In this document: in pieces, positions 39,783 to 53,967 of the stretch
How the letters are laid out: each line of letters opens with the position of its first letter
Numbering within the stretch: the stretch's first letter is position 1
Assembly (NCBI GenBank): GCA_051362555.1
Contig: CM120643.1
Location: 21,642,848 to 21,706,847, forward strand
Length of the DNA stretch: 64,000 bases
DNA from: Lingula anatina
Taxonomy: Eukaryota > Animalia > Brachiopoda
Reading direction: 5' to 3'
Position numbers and translations under genes: made by a program
The notes under the pieces: model-generated
Databases searched by the model: none
What the model was told of the DNA's origin: nothing
What the model saw: only the letters and a program-made list of their open reading frames with translations

Positions 39783-41913
39783 ATGGAGCTTAAAAACAAC
39801 CAAACAAAAAGGAGAATCCAGATCTTATATTATCAAAGGGTTTCATCAAATATTTCTTAATCCCTATTTCTTCAAGCATATTGGTGAAAAAGGGAACAGT
39901 TATCTTGACTAATTGGGGGAAAAATCAACGATGATTTATTGATTATTTATATTCAGAACGTTTCAAGTTGTTGATCAGAACAGGTCTTAAGGTGCTTTTT
40001 AAATTATCTATTTATTTATGTTATAACTGTGATATCACTATGCATATAGATTTTCATACTATTGATTTAGTGCACATTAACACTATTACTAGACCCCATT
40101 TTCTATCATGCACAGTTATTTTGTCATATTATAAGCAGTTGAGCATCACTTTAAAAATGCAATTCATAATCAGAAATGCTGAGCATATAAGTTAATGAGC
40201 GACTAGCAGCACAAGGTTGGATTCACGCCTCTTAAATAAGAATTATTTTTTCAGTGATGAAGTCTTCAAGTTTGTACTGTAGAAAGAGAATGTGTGTAGA
40301 TGAATCTCTCGTTTCCTCACTTGCACTTGCATTCCAGCATTTATTAAAAACTATGCTTCCAGAATATCCATTATAATTGTTTATGGTGATAAAGTACTTC
40401 TTATAACTTATTGGAAGTAAGTTTGTAAACCGTTTATACAGGGGAGCGATGTTTGCAAAATAAAAAAAAATTGAATATTCTGAACTCGACTTGCTTGTCA
40501 GTTTTGTGCATCATTCCCTCACTATTGTTCAACTTAAGAAAAAAAGTTTACGTGTGGTATTGAAACAACAGCGGTAATTGTGAAAACGGTAGTACATTTT
40601 AATGGAAGAGATAGATACAAATATTTGGACTGTCGCTGCCAGTAGTGATTTTTTACGTGGCCTTGGTTCCCCCCTTAATAAAAAACCTGGGACTGTTTTC
40701 ACAAACGACCGAACTGATAAAAATCAAGAGTTGTCCGCATTGCTCAAGTATAGGTCTAAGCCTTACTCGGTAACTTTTCTCCCAGCGGCATAGTTAGATA
40801 TTAATCCTTCGTGCAACAAGGGACATTAGGTCACTCTGAAACAGTTTGATCTTCCTCGCAAGGTCATTTCATTTCAATGGACTACTGATCGTTTAAAACG
40901 TTTTGCAGGAGGAAAGGGGCTTTTGTAGGTGGAAGAAATGGCTCAATTCGAAGCAACGTTTATCTAGAACGGACTACATTTTTGGCCTGAAGTCAAGGCT
41001 TTTTCAGTACCTACTTCAAGATCACAGGACGAATTCTATTACACAATTCATGGCGGAGTTCCAAACATAAAATACACTGATAAAATTTAATGTATTTATT
41101 GCACCAATATTTTATAGGACAAACACAAAAATGTAAAGTAAATACAAGTAACGCATATACAAAAAAGTTACATTATAACAACTTAGCCACACATTGATTA
41201 GATTTAGTACTAGTAAATAACAAGAAAATTTTACGTGATGGGACGATACAATGCTTTTTCATATAAGTAAAAAATAACTGCAGAGGCCTTTATTTATAAA
41301 ACAATGGCCCAACTGCATTTAAATCGAAATCGAATATATTAATATGTGTGTAAATTAGTTGAGCGATAAATGAAAAGGTATAACATTCGTTGTAATTATG
41401 TTTTAATAAGTAACAATACGCGCTATGACACAAAAGAGTAAACTTACGAGCTTTTTTTTGTAGTGGATCGACTTGGCTCGATGGTGCCTTGAATATTGGG
41501 CGACAACAAGTTACGGTTTTGTATTAAAGCATGGGTTATTCTACAATCCTCCAGAATATAATTATATCTTTCTAATGAACCCAATCAAAAGAGGATCTCC
41601 CAGGTGTTGTCTGCCGTCGACTTCTTTCCAATCGGGGTTGATTGGACGCCTGCTGAGGTCAGCCTACAATAGTTACTGTTATCTACGACTTATTCCCATA
41701 GGAGTCATCATTAGGAGGCAATTCGCTCTGTAAGTTGTGTAATAATCTAGATTGAAGTAAATTGTGCAGGCAGTTTGTTCTTAAGGTCGTTAAATGTCCT
41801 AGAAAGACGTAAATTCTTGTCTCAAATGATACGCCTCTCAATCTCAATAAGGCATGCATGCTTTCGATGTTTACCAATTATTTTTTACCGACTCGCCATA
41901 ACCCACATTGTGG

Positions 41914-44438
41914 CTAGTTGGCCTTGGTGTGAAAGCTATTCATGTCCTGGAGCTGTGTGAAAGAGGGTCCCAGATTGCTCTCCTGGTCCTGTATATTACC
42001 TTTGCCAGTCGCCTTGTTTCTCATCTTGACCTGATGCTGTTTATATGTGGAGGAAACGGCGTCCATGATTTCGGAAAGTAGCTCTGAAAATGTCAAAATG
42101 GCAAAAGTGTTGCAGCTGGCACGCTCGTGAATTTTTTAGGACAATGGCATACAAGCATAATAAAATTAGGAGAACAAGGCACGTTTTAGTAAATTTTTAG
42201 GTGGCGTATTCCTAGCGGCTTTCAGATCGTCTCATCTACTTCTTTCCATAAAATATTATCAATAACAGACCCAAACTTATGTCGATACATAGTTTACTTC
42301 AGCTTTTTGAAGGCACCTGTCACGATCTCTACATTTTACGACTTAAAGATATCCTTTAAAAAGCGCGCACCCATATCTTAAAAGCACGCTGTATTCTATT
42401 TAAGTAGCGGGGTCACTTCACTCTAACAACAAGCTCTTAGTTAAAATCCAAGACATGCTCCCAACCGTCCGGACATGGCAAAGCCAATTCAAATAAAATT
42501 GATCAGCAAAATAACATTATACAGCTACATAAGATATTGAAACTAGATGGAGGTTTGTTGGATAGATATTTGGATATTTTAAAAAATGTTAATGCTGCTA
42601 AAAGAAAAAAAATCGTGCCATAAACGGTCAATTTGTGTAGAATGCGGTTGTGTTTCTCAATTCATGACATAACTTGGACATAAAAGAGGGGACCCAGGAA
42701 TCCCACGTTAAGACAAGGTCTATGTTAACCATATCTTACCTTCTCTCGCCTCACGAGCCTCGTCGTCGCCGTCCACTGCTGGGAAATCCTTGCTCTCCAC
42801 GCCCCACGTGAAGAAAAACATGTACATCACAGTGGCGATGGCGGACCCCGTGAATGGAGCTGCCCAGTAGAGCTGGAATAACAAGGGAGATACACTTATG
42901 GGGGTCGTGGTTCAGTCATACAGGGGGTGGGGGGTGAGGGGTGGCGGTGGATGTTCAGTTTAAAAATAGAAAATGGTTTACCAAACGTGCAGTAATGAAA
43001 ATGCTGGAGCAATATGGAAAAACGCACCGTCATCACTTTTTATGTAGCTTTTGGAATATTGTTTAAATGATGATAGCATTTAAAAATAAAACCTTTGCAA
43101 AGGAGCGAATAATAATAAAAATAAACAACAATGCCGCAAAATTTTATGATTTTTTTCTTTTTACCCTTTTCTAAATCAAAGATAGCTCACTCACCCAGTG
43201 TTGTGCCCACATCCAGTCAAGGTTCAGCACGACGTGGGGGCCCATAGCAACGGCCGGGTTCATACACGCTCCAGTTTGGGTGGCCTGGAATGAAGGCGAC
43301 ATAATTATTATTATTATTACATTCGCCGGAATCATCAAATTCAAGAAAATATAAGAGGACTCTAGACAGCTGAGCATCTATAATGATAACGAATTTACCG
43401 CAACGAAATATTTTGTTCTACTGGAAAAAAGGATCTGACATGAAAACGGAGCTGAAGTGACGTATTGGAATTTTGAAAATTTAAGATTTAAAATAAAAAA
43501 ATGAAAATTAAAGAAAAAAATCATTAGTAACCCAATAACGTAACGAACCAGGAATTTTTCTGTACAAAACAACCGAGAACGGTATAGTACAAAATAGTCA
43601 TTGAAGACCTCCGTCCCCAAAAGAGGATCCATTTTGAAACCTCCCCCATGAAACGCCACAAAGAAAAGTTTTATTCTCCCCACTTGTACCACCTTGTGGA
43701 AATGGGGAATATTAATTTACATACGAAATTCAGATTCCGCTTTCTAGGCAACTTCATAGAAATAATGATGGAATTTTAATCATCTGGTATCTTACCCCAG
43801 TGAACACCATGACGCAGACGAGAAGTCCCACCGCAACAGAGGGCATGTTCACAGGACGCAGACGATCATCAATGGCGGCAAGGTTGACGAACGCCAGCAT
43901 GAAGGTCAGACAGGTCTCCATTAAAAACCCTTGCCACATCGAAATGTCCGGATGAACAAACACTGCGCCAAAGTTGCCAAGTCTGTCCGCAGGCGTTACC
44001 CTGAATAACAATGGACATCAGTTCCGATTTTATGGAACAAATAATTGACGTTATTGTTTAGATAGTTTACCTCGTACAAAATGTGTTTGTAATTTTCTTT
44101 TCTCGCATTTATTGTAATTATATTGTATTTATTGTATTTCTTTCGTTAACTATTGTCGTCTACTTTATACATTCCAAGCTATTCCCTATGCCTTTGATTT
44201 TTACGAACAGCCTCATCGACTTGTGGCCTTTGGTTACTATGGACTCGCTTCATTTCAAGTTACCCTGCTTCCAGAAAAGAAGATAGGGGAAGCTGATCTG
44301 AAATCCAACGCTTCATTTTCCTTTTTTTTTTTAAGTTGCATACTTACACATAAGACAATGCTGTGCCCCCTATACCACCGGCAAGCTGGGCAATGATGAA
44401 GAAGAACCCTAGTAATAAATATAAAACATTCATGAAGG

Positions 44439-44502
<64 letters not shown>

Positions 44503-45583
44503 AATAATTTAGCCCTGTAAACTACGTATGTCGGCAGTCAGTGATCAAAGATGACGAAATATCTCTGGTAGTTTACTTCTCTCGTCCAAAACACACACAC
44601 ACACACACTAGCCAATTTTCAATCTGTTTTACAAGGCGTCACAGAGAAGATAAACCTCCATATGACGCCATGTGTTGTGATATGAAGTCACAGCATGACC
44701 CTACCTCGTGTGAGGGACACCTTTCTGGCGATGATGAAGGACAGCGTGATGGCTGGATTGACCACCGCCCTGCTCAGATGTCCAAAACCCTCGATAATAG
44801 ACGCCACGGTGAACCCAGTGCCCAGAGCGTTCTGAACAATGTTACCGTCTTCCGGAAAGCGAGGCCACCTGGAACCGGATGATTCATGAAGTTTGAAATG
44901 TGACATTGCTTTAATATTGGGGATGATTGCATTTGTAATAACCAGAACATGAGAAATGTCATGTTCATGTAACAATGTGCAATACCGTGCAAATGGCGGA
45001 ATAAGGGGTTCGAGGGGGGGGGGGGGGGGACACTGCTCTCTGTGACAGAGCTTCCCTTTCTCCTTACCCTCCCCCTCCCAACCCATCAAAAAAATGAAAA
45101 CAAGACAAAACCGGGCACTTTCTCCATCCCTGTGTCCTTTTGTACAATTATTTACTTGCAGAGAGAAGCGAAAATTTTTTGGTCTTGTGCCATGATTTAT
45201 AAAACTACTAGTACATGTACTGTTAGTAGATCATAAGATGCTACATGCAAAATCACGCTTGAAATGGATAGTGGCATCATGGTCACGAGTTATACGTGAC
45301 ATGTTGTACAAATGAAATCCTGCCAAGACTTAAACGTGGTCTCGAGTGGTACATGTGGTACATGTACAGCTACACGCTTGAAAACGCTTCAACTCTTTCC
45401 AAGTCCGGTTTAAGATGAATCACTGAACATAGCCTATGGTGGTAGCGACAGTATGTATCTAAATCTAAAAATATGCTAGTTAGTCCTTTTACTCTTATAA
45501 CTTACGTGCATCCATAAAAATACCATGTGCTATAATTGTTAGGTCATAGCCATTGCACCAAAATACGCTGGTACCAATAAAGA

Positions 45584-45626
<43 letters not shown>

Positions 45627-47569
45627 GATATGTTGTTTACAAATTATTCATTTGCCACGTTTAGACGGTTCGACTATAGCGGTTATGCAACCAGCAATAT
45701 CCATGATATTTACTCGACTTGCAACCTGGCATGATTGAAAGGTGCGATGCTTTACATTCTTCGTAAGTCAAATCACGTCTTGTGGAATCAGAAACAGACG
45801 GAATACTGAGCAAGATTATGCAACAACTACTTGCTTATCTAATAATAAAGACGAAGGAAAGGAAAACGAACGAAAAAAAAAACACCAACATTAACACCGA
45901 ACCAACACAGTTTGGTTTACGTTTAAGTTATGACTTTTCACTTTAGAAAGTGGCTTAATCTGTTCGTTTGTTTATATGTTCATATCAGGGGGAAGGGGTC
46001 AAAAAACAAGGGGGTGGAAGGAGGAATTTGCTAACATAAAGGAACATTTACACAAAGAAAATGTGATATTATTTGGTAGATTTAATGAGAACTCAGAACG
46101 GCAATGGTTACCACGAATCCCTTATGTTCCGATGAAAAAATTTAAAAAACTTTTTTACTTTTGAATTAGGCCATAATCTCATAACTACCGTCTTTTGAGG
46201 TATATAGTGTTAAAAATTAACGCCAACCCACTTATCCTGACAGCTTTCTAAATGAACTGCAAGTTTCACAATTAAAGGGCCCAAAGGTCCCAAAACTATT
46301 CGACGCTGTAGCAGAAGCAAACGCCTTAAGTAATTTGTCGGTCAACAGAAACGAAAAACTATGCTTCTGTTTAGTTTGAACTTTTCGTCAAACAGTTCAT
46401 GTGTTACGCTCAGCACTAAAGTTTCGATATTTTTGTTAAATAAATAAATAAAAAGAGACCTTTGGCTGTAGGATTTTTCAGATCCAGGGAATACCTAAGT
46501 AGGTGAACCAACTAAATTTATTCTAACTTTAACATAAACACACTTAAGATTTTTATCGAGCGTGTTTATGGCTAGTCCCCTGCTTTTTTGGACAAGAAAA
46601 TTGCGTTATAAAAAACAGTTAATTCAAAATGAGGCGTGTAGAAATAAACACGATTGCATAATATACGTTGTTTGTTTTTCTCTTGAAAATGTTTGAAAAC
46701 GTAACGCAAAATGTCCACCGATAAGAAAATTGCGTGATAAAATATGAATTTACATTAAAACGAGGGGTGGAAATAAACACGAGTACATAATAAAAGTTAC
46801 TTGCGTTACTGTTGAAGAATGCATGATGCATAACGCATAATGTCCACCGATAAAATTCCACGATCAATTAAATTAACAAAATTGCTCGATTCAAATATTG
46901 AATTTTTTCTAAAACTTTGAACTATAGTTCTTGCACAGCTTCGCAATCAATACATTAATGATACTCTGAAAGGAGCCAAATGTTGGAATAGTCAGGTAAA
47001 AATGTGCCGATTTGTTGGGCTCTGCGGACCTGGAAGATTTCAGGTGGACCAGAATTTTCACATTGCCTGCATTGTAGGCCCCCAACGTTTTTACCTGATA
47101 GGTAAACACTACGGGGGTATTGATAGCTGATGATTATGCTTCTAAAAAAATCTTACGCTTCACGATGTGCTGATCTTGATAAGTCGATTTTTTTTCAAAA
47201 AAAAAAAAAAAAAAAAAAAAAAAAGAAAACGCCCGGAGGGACCGGGATAAAGGGCGTCGATATTTTTAAATGCCTCTAACGCGTGGTTTATAAAAAGTAC
47301 ATAAGAATATTGTGGTAAATATAAAATTGCCTGTCTTAGCATGAGACTGCGTTTCAAGCATTTACATGAAGGGAGATAAAACCGTTATGTACCGTTACGA
47401 TAATGTGACCCAGTAGTACCGCCATGCTTTCTCACCTCAGTGTCAGTTGGCAATGAGTAAAAAGAAGTATAGCTGTGCCGACAACCTCCCCAATCACCGC
47501 CTTCCACATGGCCGGCGTTTTCACCTCCTTGAATCCCCATGTGTAGCGAGGAAGTTCCTGAATCCCCAT
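41914..47569 (-). CDS. Aquaporin (MIP family) with atypical filter; exons 47569-47436, 44868-44705, 44408-44348, 44000-43796, 43284-43195, 42872-42740, 42083-41914
   Basis: WKAVIGEVVGT (TM1), GHLSRAVVNPA, FIIAQLAGG, GFLMETCLTF, TGACMNPAVAMGP and HWLYWAAPFTG. Splice phases are consistent. Confidence 0.92.
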
Positions 47570-47696
47570 GTTGGCTACCCAGTGCCTTCAACAACGATAC
47601 TTTGGATACTGTTTTACCGACTCTACACCTCGTCAAGCCAGCGCTTCCCCTTTATCTGCTTGAACTCTAGTGGAGGCGGATGAGCAGTGACTTCTT

Positions 47697-47760
47697 CTTT
47701 ATATAGTCCTGAAGTCGTGAGTGGTGTTCCTACATTAACGGCGGCGTGTGTCTTACGTCA
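47697..47760 (-). promoter_or_regulatory. Aquaporin core promoter: TATA box and CRE-like site
   Basis: CTATATAAAG on the minus strand at 47697-47706; TGACGTAA at 47753-47760. Confidence 0.6.
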
Positions 47761-50423
47761 TAGACGTGGTGGTGACAAGTAGTGGTCAGTCGTGCCATCC
47801 CCCCGAGGCTATCTTGGGCTGGGCGGGACCTCTTTTTTTTTTTGCAAAGTGACACAGCGTGCGGAAAGTACGTTAAACAAGAAGACAGAATGGATTGTTG
47901 AAATAATCATTCCACAGACAGTTTTGATCTAAATATTTTCTTACTGTCTAATTTTGGGCTCTACTCAAGAGCCTTCCCCAGGACAAATTGGTCTACTAAA
48001 ATTACCAGACTTATGACCTTTTTTAAGAACTTACGAGAAGAAGACAGAATATATTTGTCTGCTTTGATTATTAGATGAATCTGTAGGGGTAAACTGAATA
48101 TACTAGAATAGGATAAACAATCTTCTCTCTCTAGAACATAAGTGCATGTACATAAGTATATGAGTGTCTTAGCTTTTTTATAAAACGTGTCCAAAACCTT
48201 TATTATATTAAAGCGGTCAACAAAAATTTATGCTGATGTAAAAATGTGAAAATGTGAAACCAGGTTCTGGAAATTTTTATGTCATGGTGACCCGGTCATC
48301 TGATGTCACGCTGACCCGTACACAGCTCTTCTAAAAAATTATAGACGAAGCAATGTTATAACAGGATAACCATTGTTTGAGTAGTTTAACCGCAGTGAAA
48401 TAAAATTACAATCAAGGTGATAATAAGAGCACTGTATCGACGTTAAGTTTTCTGTTTTTTACTAACAGCAAATAGGTCTCTTTTTTTACTAACAGCAAAT
48501 AGGTATTGTATCAGAAATTCTGAAGATGAAAATATTTACAGTGATTTCCCCAGATGTAAACTACGCAGGCCAGTTTTTGCCAGTGTGTACTTACTGGATA
48601 GGGGAGAAAAGAAAAGAAGGGGGGGGGGGTGAAAGAAGGAGGGGGTGACTGGTTGATCACAGTATTTATTATCATTATTTTAATATAAATATTTGTAGTA
48701 CAACAGTATGACACCGCGAAGAAATAGAACGAGCTGGATGAGTAAAACATGTTCAATGATAACACAAATTGAAATATTAGAGGAAGAGTAAAACCAAAAA
48801 CGCAAAGTAAATCACGAGAAATCCCTTTTAAAAATCAAGTCAAACCCTGTGTCCTGGTTTCATACATTTATGAACGCCCCTCTCTTCATAGTTTTCGTTG
48901 AACATATCCCACACGAAAGCAAAGATTGTAAAAGGAAAAACGCATACGCTTGACCTTTGAAACAAACCTGTTTATCCACACGTTATTTGCTTTCGATCGT
49001 CTATCAGTAAATAAATTTGTTTGTTTTGTTGATCATTTTGTTCTTTGCTTTACTTGCCTAACTTATCTTTCTTCCCCTTTTTTCTGTTTACTTTTTATTC
49101 ATGACCATTCATTCATTTATCGGTCTATTCATTCTTTCTTAGTTTAAATGTAGGGTTCACAAAGTCAACAAGGGGAATAATAAGCAAGTAGATAACAGAA
49201 GACTATTGCACGTAGTAGTCTTGCTGTGGAGGTGATAATTTTGGTTGATGATTTACACGAGGGGCGTCACTTTCGGTGCATGGCCACTTAATCGATTTCA
49301 TCGAGCATAACCAAATGCCACTACATTTTCAAACCCAAGAAGCAAGTTGTCTTTGTTGATTATAAACCCAGCTTTGTTATCAGGTCCATAGCCGGGGGAG
49401 TGGGGGGAGTTTTGGTCGGCAAGGGGTCCACTTTGCATCGTGCAATGCGTATTTCGTTTGGCTTCATTTTTGCAGGATTCAACATGTTTTTATGCTACGT
49501 GGGGGTTATAACTCCCTTTCACAAGCTAGCTTGAAACTGCTTGGACCACGAGCGAGGTTGATCCGTTTAGTTGACACTCTACCATATTATCCTATTTGCG
49601 CTTTAACTGTCTTAAAATCCGTTTTTTTATGTCTAAGTATTTTTCAAATTAACGTATCTTTCACAATTCATAATAAAAAATTCCTCAAATGAAATTACCT
49701 TATGTTGATATTTCTTTCAAATATGTAAATAAAGACAAACGTTATGGGAAATTATTTAGAGCTATTTTACTTGAGTTTTGTTTGATTAAAAATTTAACAT
49801 CGAATTGAAGTGCAGGAAAACAGGAAATTATTCCTTTTATTTGAAAATTCGATTTACGGAAAGAAATGCCGAAGCAGACATTAATCTCTGACACCTAAGT
49901 TGAAGCAAACAGATCGGACTTCAGATTCAGAGCCTCGGGTATATTGGACTGTAAATTAATACACGTACATCCACTGTTTATTCAAATTATCACCTTAGAA
50001 CAACAGAATCAAGCCAGAAAATGAGAAAGATTCCTAGTAACCAGGGAAGCGTTTCTAGCGTACACGCATTTTCATTAACGATTAATGCTACTGTTAGAAA
50101 CGCTTCTCACAGTGACGATTATTCTGCGCCCTGTATACCCCCATCGCCATCACTTTCACGAACCTTTCCCCGTTATATAACAATTGCGTGCATTGTCCCG
50201 GCTGTCTTTAACGGTCTTTGCCTAAGGCCGAATGGTGTTGCGTTGAAATGCATAGCTGGCCATGCAGACGCAGTTAAGTATATGTTACAAGTGACACATG
50301 TCAAAGATGAACTCGGTACCAGCGCCAGTCAACAGGTGCAACAGCATTTGTGTGTGAAGTGACACAACGGCTGATACATTCACTCTCTTTATTAATGATG
50401 AAGCAACGAGCACATAAAAATCA

Positions 50424-50592
50424 CAGGCCCGTATCCAGGGGGTGGGGGGTGGGTGGGAGGTTCGAAAGCACCGCCCTTTTTGTCAGGAAAAGGTCCATTC
50501 TGGGTAAAATTTGATCTAGGTACGCAAAGGTTTCATTGTAAAAGGTCCACTCTTTTGGAAAAAGAACCCCCCCTTTTAAAATTACAGGCCTG
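50424..50592. mobile_element. hAT-like MITE with a 5-bp TSD (AATCA)
   Basis: Termini CAGGCCCGTA...TACAGGCCTG with AATCA on both sides. Confidence 0.7.
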
Positions 50593-52180
50593 AATCATAA
50601 TATGTTAATATATTGTACTGTTAAGATAAATTATAAAACCTAAGTGATATTATAATGTTAAAATGAAACGCAACCATAATACAACTGGCTGAGTTAAGCA
50701 CTATTATAGGAATATATATACTAGTATACTCAAATTTCAGATCAGTCATGACCCCCTAATTACAAATGTTGTAATTGCATATGGATACATGTTATAATAA
50801 ATCACGTTTTAAAAAATGATATCATTATTTATATCAAGTAATTGATGTTGTGTAAACTTTAAAAGTTCAAAAATACAGCGACTGTGAGCTTGCGATGCAT
50901 ATTTGGGACACAAAGTATCAAACATTGTATGCATTCGTAAGCATTCTAATTTTATTAATCGAATTTTGATGGCTTTATTGATACTGTGACGCATGGTCGG
51001 TATAACTGTAATGTTTAGTCATTCCCTCTTCTTACCGGGGCATGGGCGGTGGATCGACGTACAGATCACACCCTGTGTTTGATGAAAATCTCCACTTCAA
51101 CTGGTTTGTGAGTGTCAAATTAGATTTTTATTAAAATTATTCACAGGCACTTGTTCTCGTCCCAACGTTTGGATTTTGCTATTATTTTTCTGTGTTCAAT
51201 ATGTATTTTCCGGTCAAGTTGGTGCTACGTCGCCCCATTTACAACCTTGTGATGATAGCGTAGCATCTCTAATTTAAACTACTGTCAATCTTTGCATGTT
51301 TTTGCCCAAGGTATTAGGAATCCAACAGGAAAGTCACGCTAAGAAAGCACATTTTTAACGGGTTCGTGATGGCTTTCTCTTCATCGGAACCCACTATGAG
51401 ATTTCAAAACTCCAGGGGGCGGTATTTTTTTATGACCCAATCACTCGCATGTGGCTTGTTTGTTTACTTATGCGACAAGTGCTAAGTACACACGAATGTT
51501 GAAAGTGCAGTTAATCCGTCATTTCATACTCTGTCATTTCCTTCTAACATGCCCTAAATATGGTAGACCGAGATTATTATATGATAGTTTCTACTCTGAA
51601 AAATGTTATCAAGATTGTTCGCCAACAGATTTTGAAAACTGTGCGTAAATTTTCTGACCAGAGGTACAAAAATTTATAAGGACAAATAAAGCGCAAATAT
51701 ACAGTGTATGCATGTGAGATTTTCGTTTATTTTTGTTTTCGTTATTATCTCTTTTTGGTAATGAATGTCTTGCATTTTTGCCGTAAAATTGATTCACGTT
51801 TCCAACGAAATTATAATAATTTCTGTTTGTAATGATCTCTGATAAATGATATTTTAACCAGTATACTAGTGAAAAGCGTGTATCCAAAATAAGAATACTA
51901 CCTGGTACGTACCCTGTTTTAACAGGGGCTTCCAAAATAGTATACAAAATTAAAGTATAATTTTGTAACAGACTACTAGCGCACCCTGTAGTCAAAGAGT
52001 ACTCAGTACCATATGCCTATATTTACTCTACAAGGATGAGCGTGATAAATGTCCCCCTCCCACCCCCGCAAAGATATGAACACCCAGAGATGTCGCAGAC
52101 TGGGGCCTTAAAGACGAATGACAGAGTGACGTTATCCTTGGTTCTGTCGGGTGAAAAACTGTTTACTTACCTAATCATAT

Positions 52181-52351
52181 CAGGGGCGGATCCAGGATTA
52201 TTTGAAGGGGGGGTCCGCGGATGCGAGGCCGACCCCCCCCCCCCCCCCCCAACTTGGAGTGGTGTTCGGGGCGAATGGTGCCATTTGGTGCGGTTTAGAA
52301 CCATAATTCAGCTATTCAAAATTCTAATTTCAAGAGGGGACCAGAACTCGA

Positions 52352-52392
<41 letters not shown>

Positions 52393-52449
52393 GGGGGGGG
52401 GGGGGGTCAGGACCCCCCTGACCCCTTCCCCCCTCTAAATCCGCCATTG
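52181..52449. mobile_element. hAT-like MITE with a 6-bp TSD (TCATAT); an inverted relative lies at ~55765-55923
   Basis: CAGGGGCGGATCCAGG...CTAAATCCGCCATTG; TCATAT at 52175-52180 and 52450-52455. Confidence 0.75.
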
Positions 52450-53134
52450 TCATATAATTAGTCGTCAAATGTACGTGACAAAAGGAGCTGAGATAATTAC
52501 GGGTGTGGGCTTCAAAAATAAAAACGGTAACACACAGAACAACGAAAGGATTACCATACCAACGTAGACCGAATACCATATGCAGGATAGTTTAGGAAAT
52601 GAGGAATAATAAAAGTAATTGCTTGGTATGGCCAATTGCAAGATCATTTCCATTTACGTAACAAATGTTAACACTGTGTATTTATTATATATTTTTTTCA
52701 TTTTTATTTTATTTATTTTATTTTGAGCTTTATTTAAAGAGTTTAAAGAGGGTAAACATGTTGAGCGTAAGCTTATCTTCCATATGGATCTCTGTTACCA
52801 GTCATTCAACAGTACTGGCTGTAAAATATTTGTAAAACATACCCAAAAGATATAAGGGATTCAAGATTCAAACCCCCTATTATTTAACGGCGGTCCCGGA
52901 ACTAGGGAAGAAATGTCAGAATGTCTTGGAACAATGAGCACAAAGGCAGGCCTCATGAACGATAATAATTGCATGTAGCCTACTAATCAATTTTGAAGGC
53001 GACACTGTATGATAGGAGCACCGTTACATTAGTCAGCTATATATAAAGATCCACTTCTTATTTTTTAGCACGTGTGAAAGCAAGTCGTAACTTTTAATAG
53101 AGTAAAAGGTAAAATATATGTTTAGATTCACTGG

Positions 53135-53967
53135 GTACATTTTTTTAAATTCTGGATCGGATAACCATGGCTACAGTGTTATTATTCAAGCACCATCGCA
53201 ATATGCAGGGCGTAGACTTGATGATGTCATAGAAAACTTGGTGAACTGGCAAGACGACAAGACTCGTGTTAGATTTCAAGCTTGAGATGAATTCCACGAG
53301 AGTGCAGATTTGTCATGGAATAAATGGATATGGGTATGTGAGTGTAATTTTGTATTGTATTTACTAAAACATACTGAGAACCTTCTATCCTAAGTGGAAT
53401 TTATATATTCTATTTCATTTGGGTCAATTAATACGAAATGTACACCTGCAAGCAAGATTGTGCTACAATGTATATATAGACAAGAAAGTTTACATGACTA
53501 TTCTAAATGGTATCTGTTGGTATACGCCAACTGAAAAAACTGCAGCTCAACACGTTCTTCATGGCCACAATATCTCCATCTCCAACCATTGCTTCAACTA
53601 TATTCACCGCTTTTAAGTTTGTCTTCTTCAGATAGAGCTGAACCATTTAACATGTCAACCATCCCTTGGGGTTAAAAATTTCATTTGTTGGCAATACGAT
53701 CAGTTAGAAGATGATTAAGAGCTCAAATGCATGTCACTGCAGATGAACCTGATCCAAAAATTGCAGATCAGCGCACCATACAAGCTACCCCAAGCATCGT
53801 GTCCAGCCACAACCACCAACGCTTCTCCAGTCACCACTGGGTCTGCATCGTCTGCTGATAGAATGGTATACGTTACCATGGGAACGACTGTATGTAGCTT
53901 GTTCACACTGCTGTTGATAATAGGCAAACATGATGCTGAAAACAAGCCAGAGGTTTGCGTACAGTAG
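53135..53967 (+). pseudogene. Orphan duplicate of the last two MOXD1 exons and the intron between them
   Basis: Colinear with ~61673-62459. The acceptor AG is mutated to GG (~53155) and there is a 2-nt deletion at ~53281 (CAAGCTTGAG vs CAAGCTCTCGAG). No upstream exons were seen. Confidence 0.85.

Noticed and set aside
50021-50362. 113-aa ORF in the aquaporin-MOXD1 spacer, considered as a missing MOXD1 exon
   Set aside because: No DOMON or monooxygenase motifs in the frames I could read.
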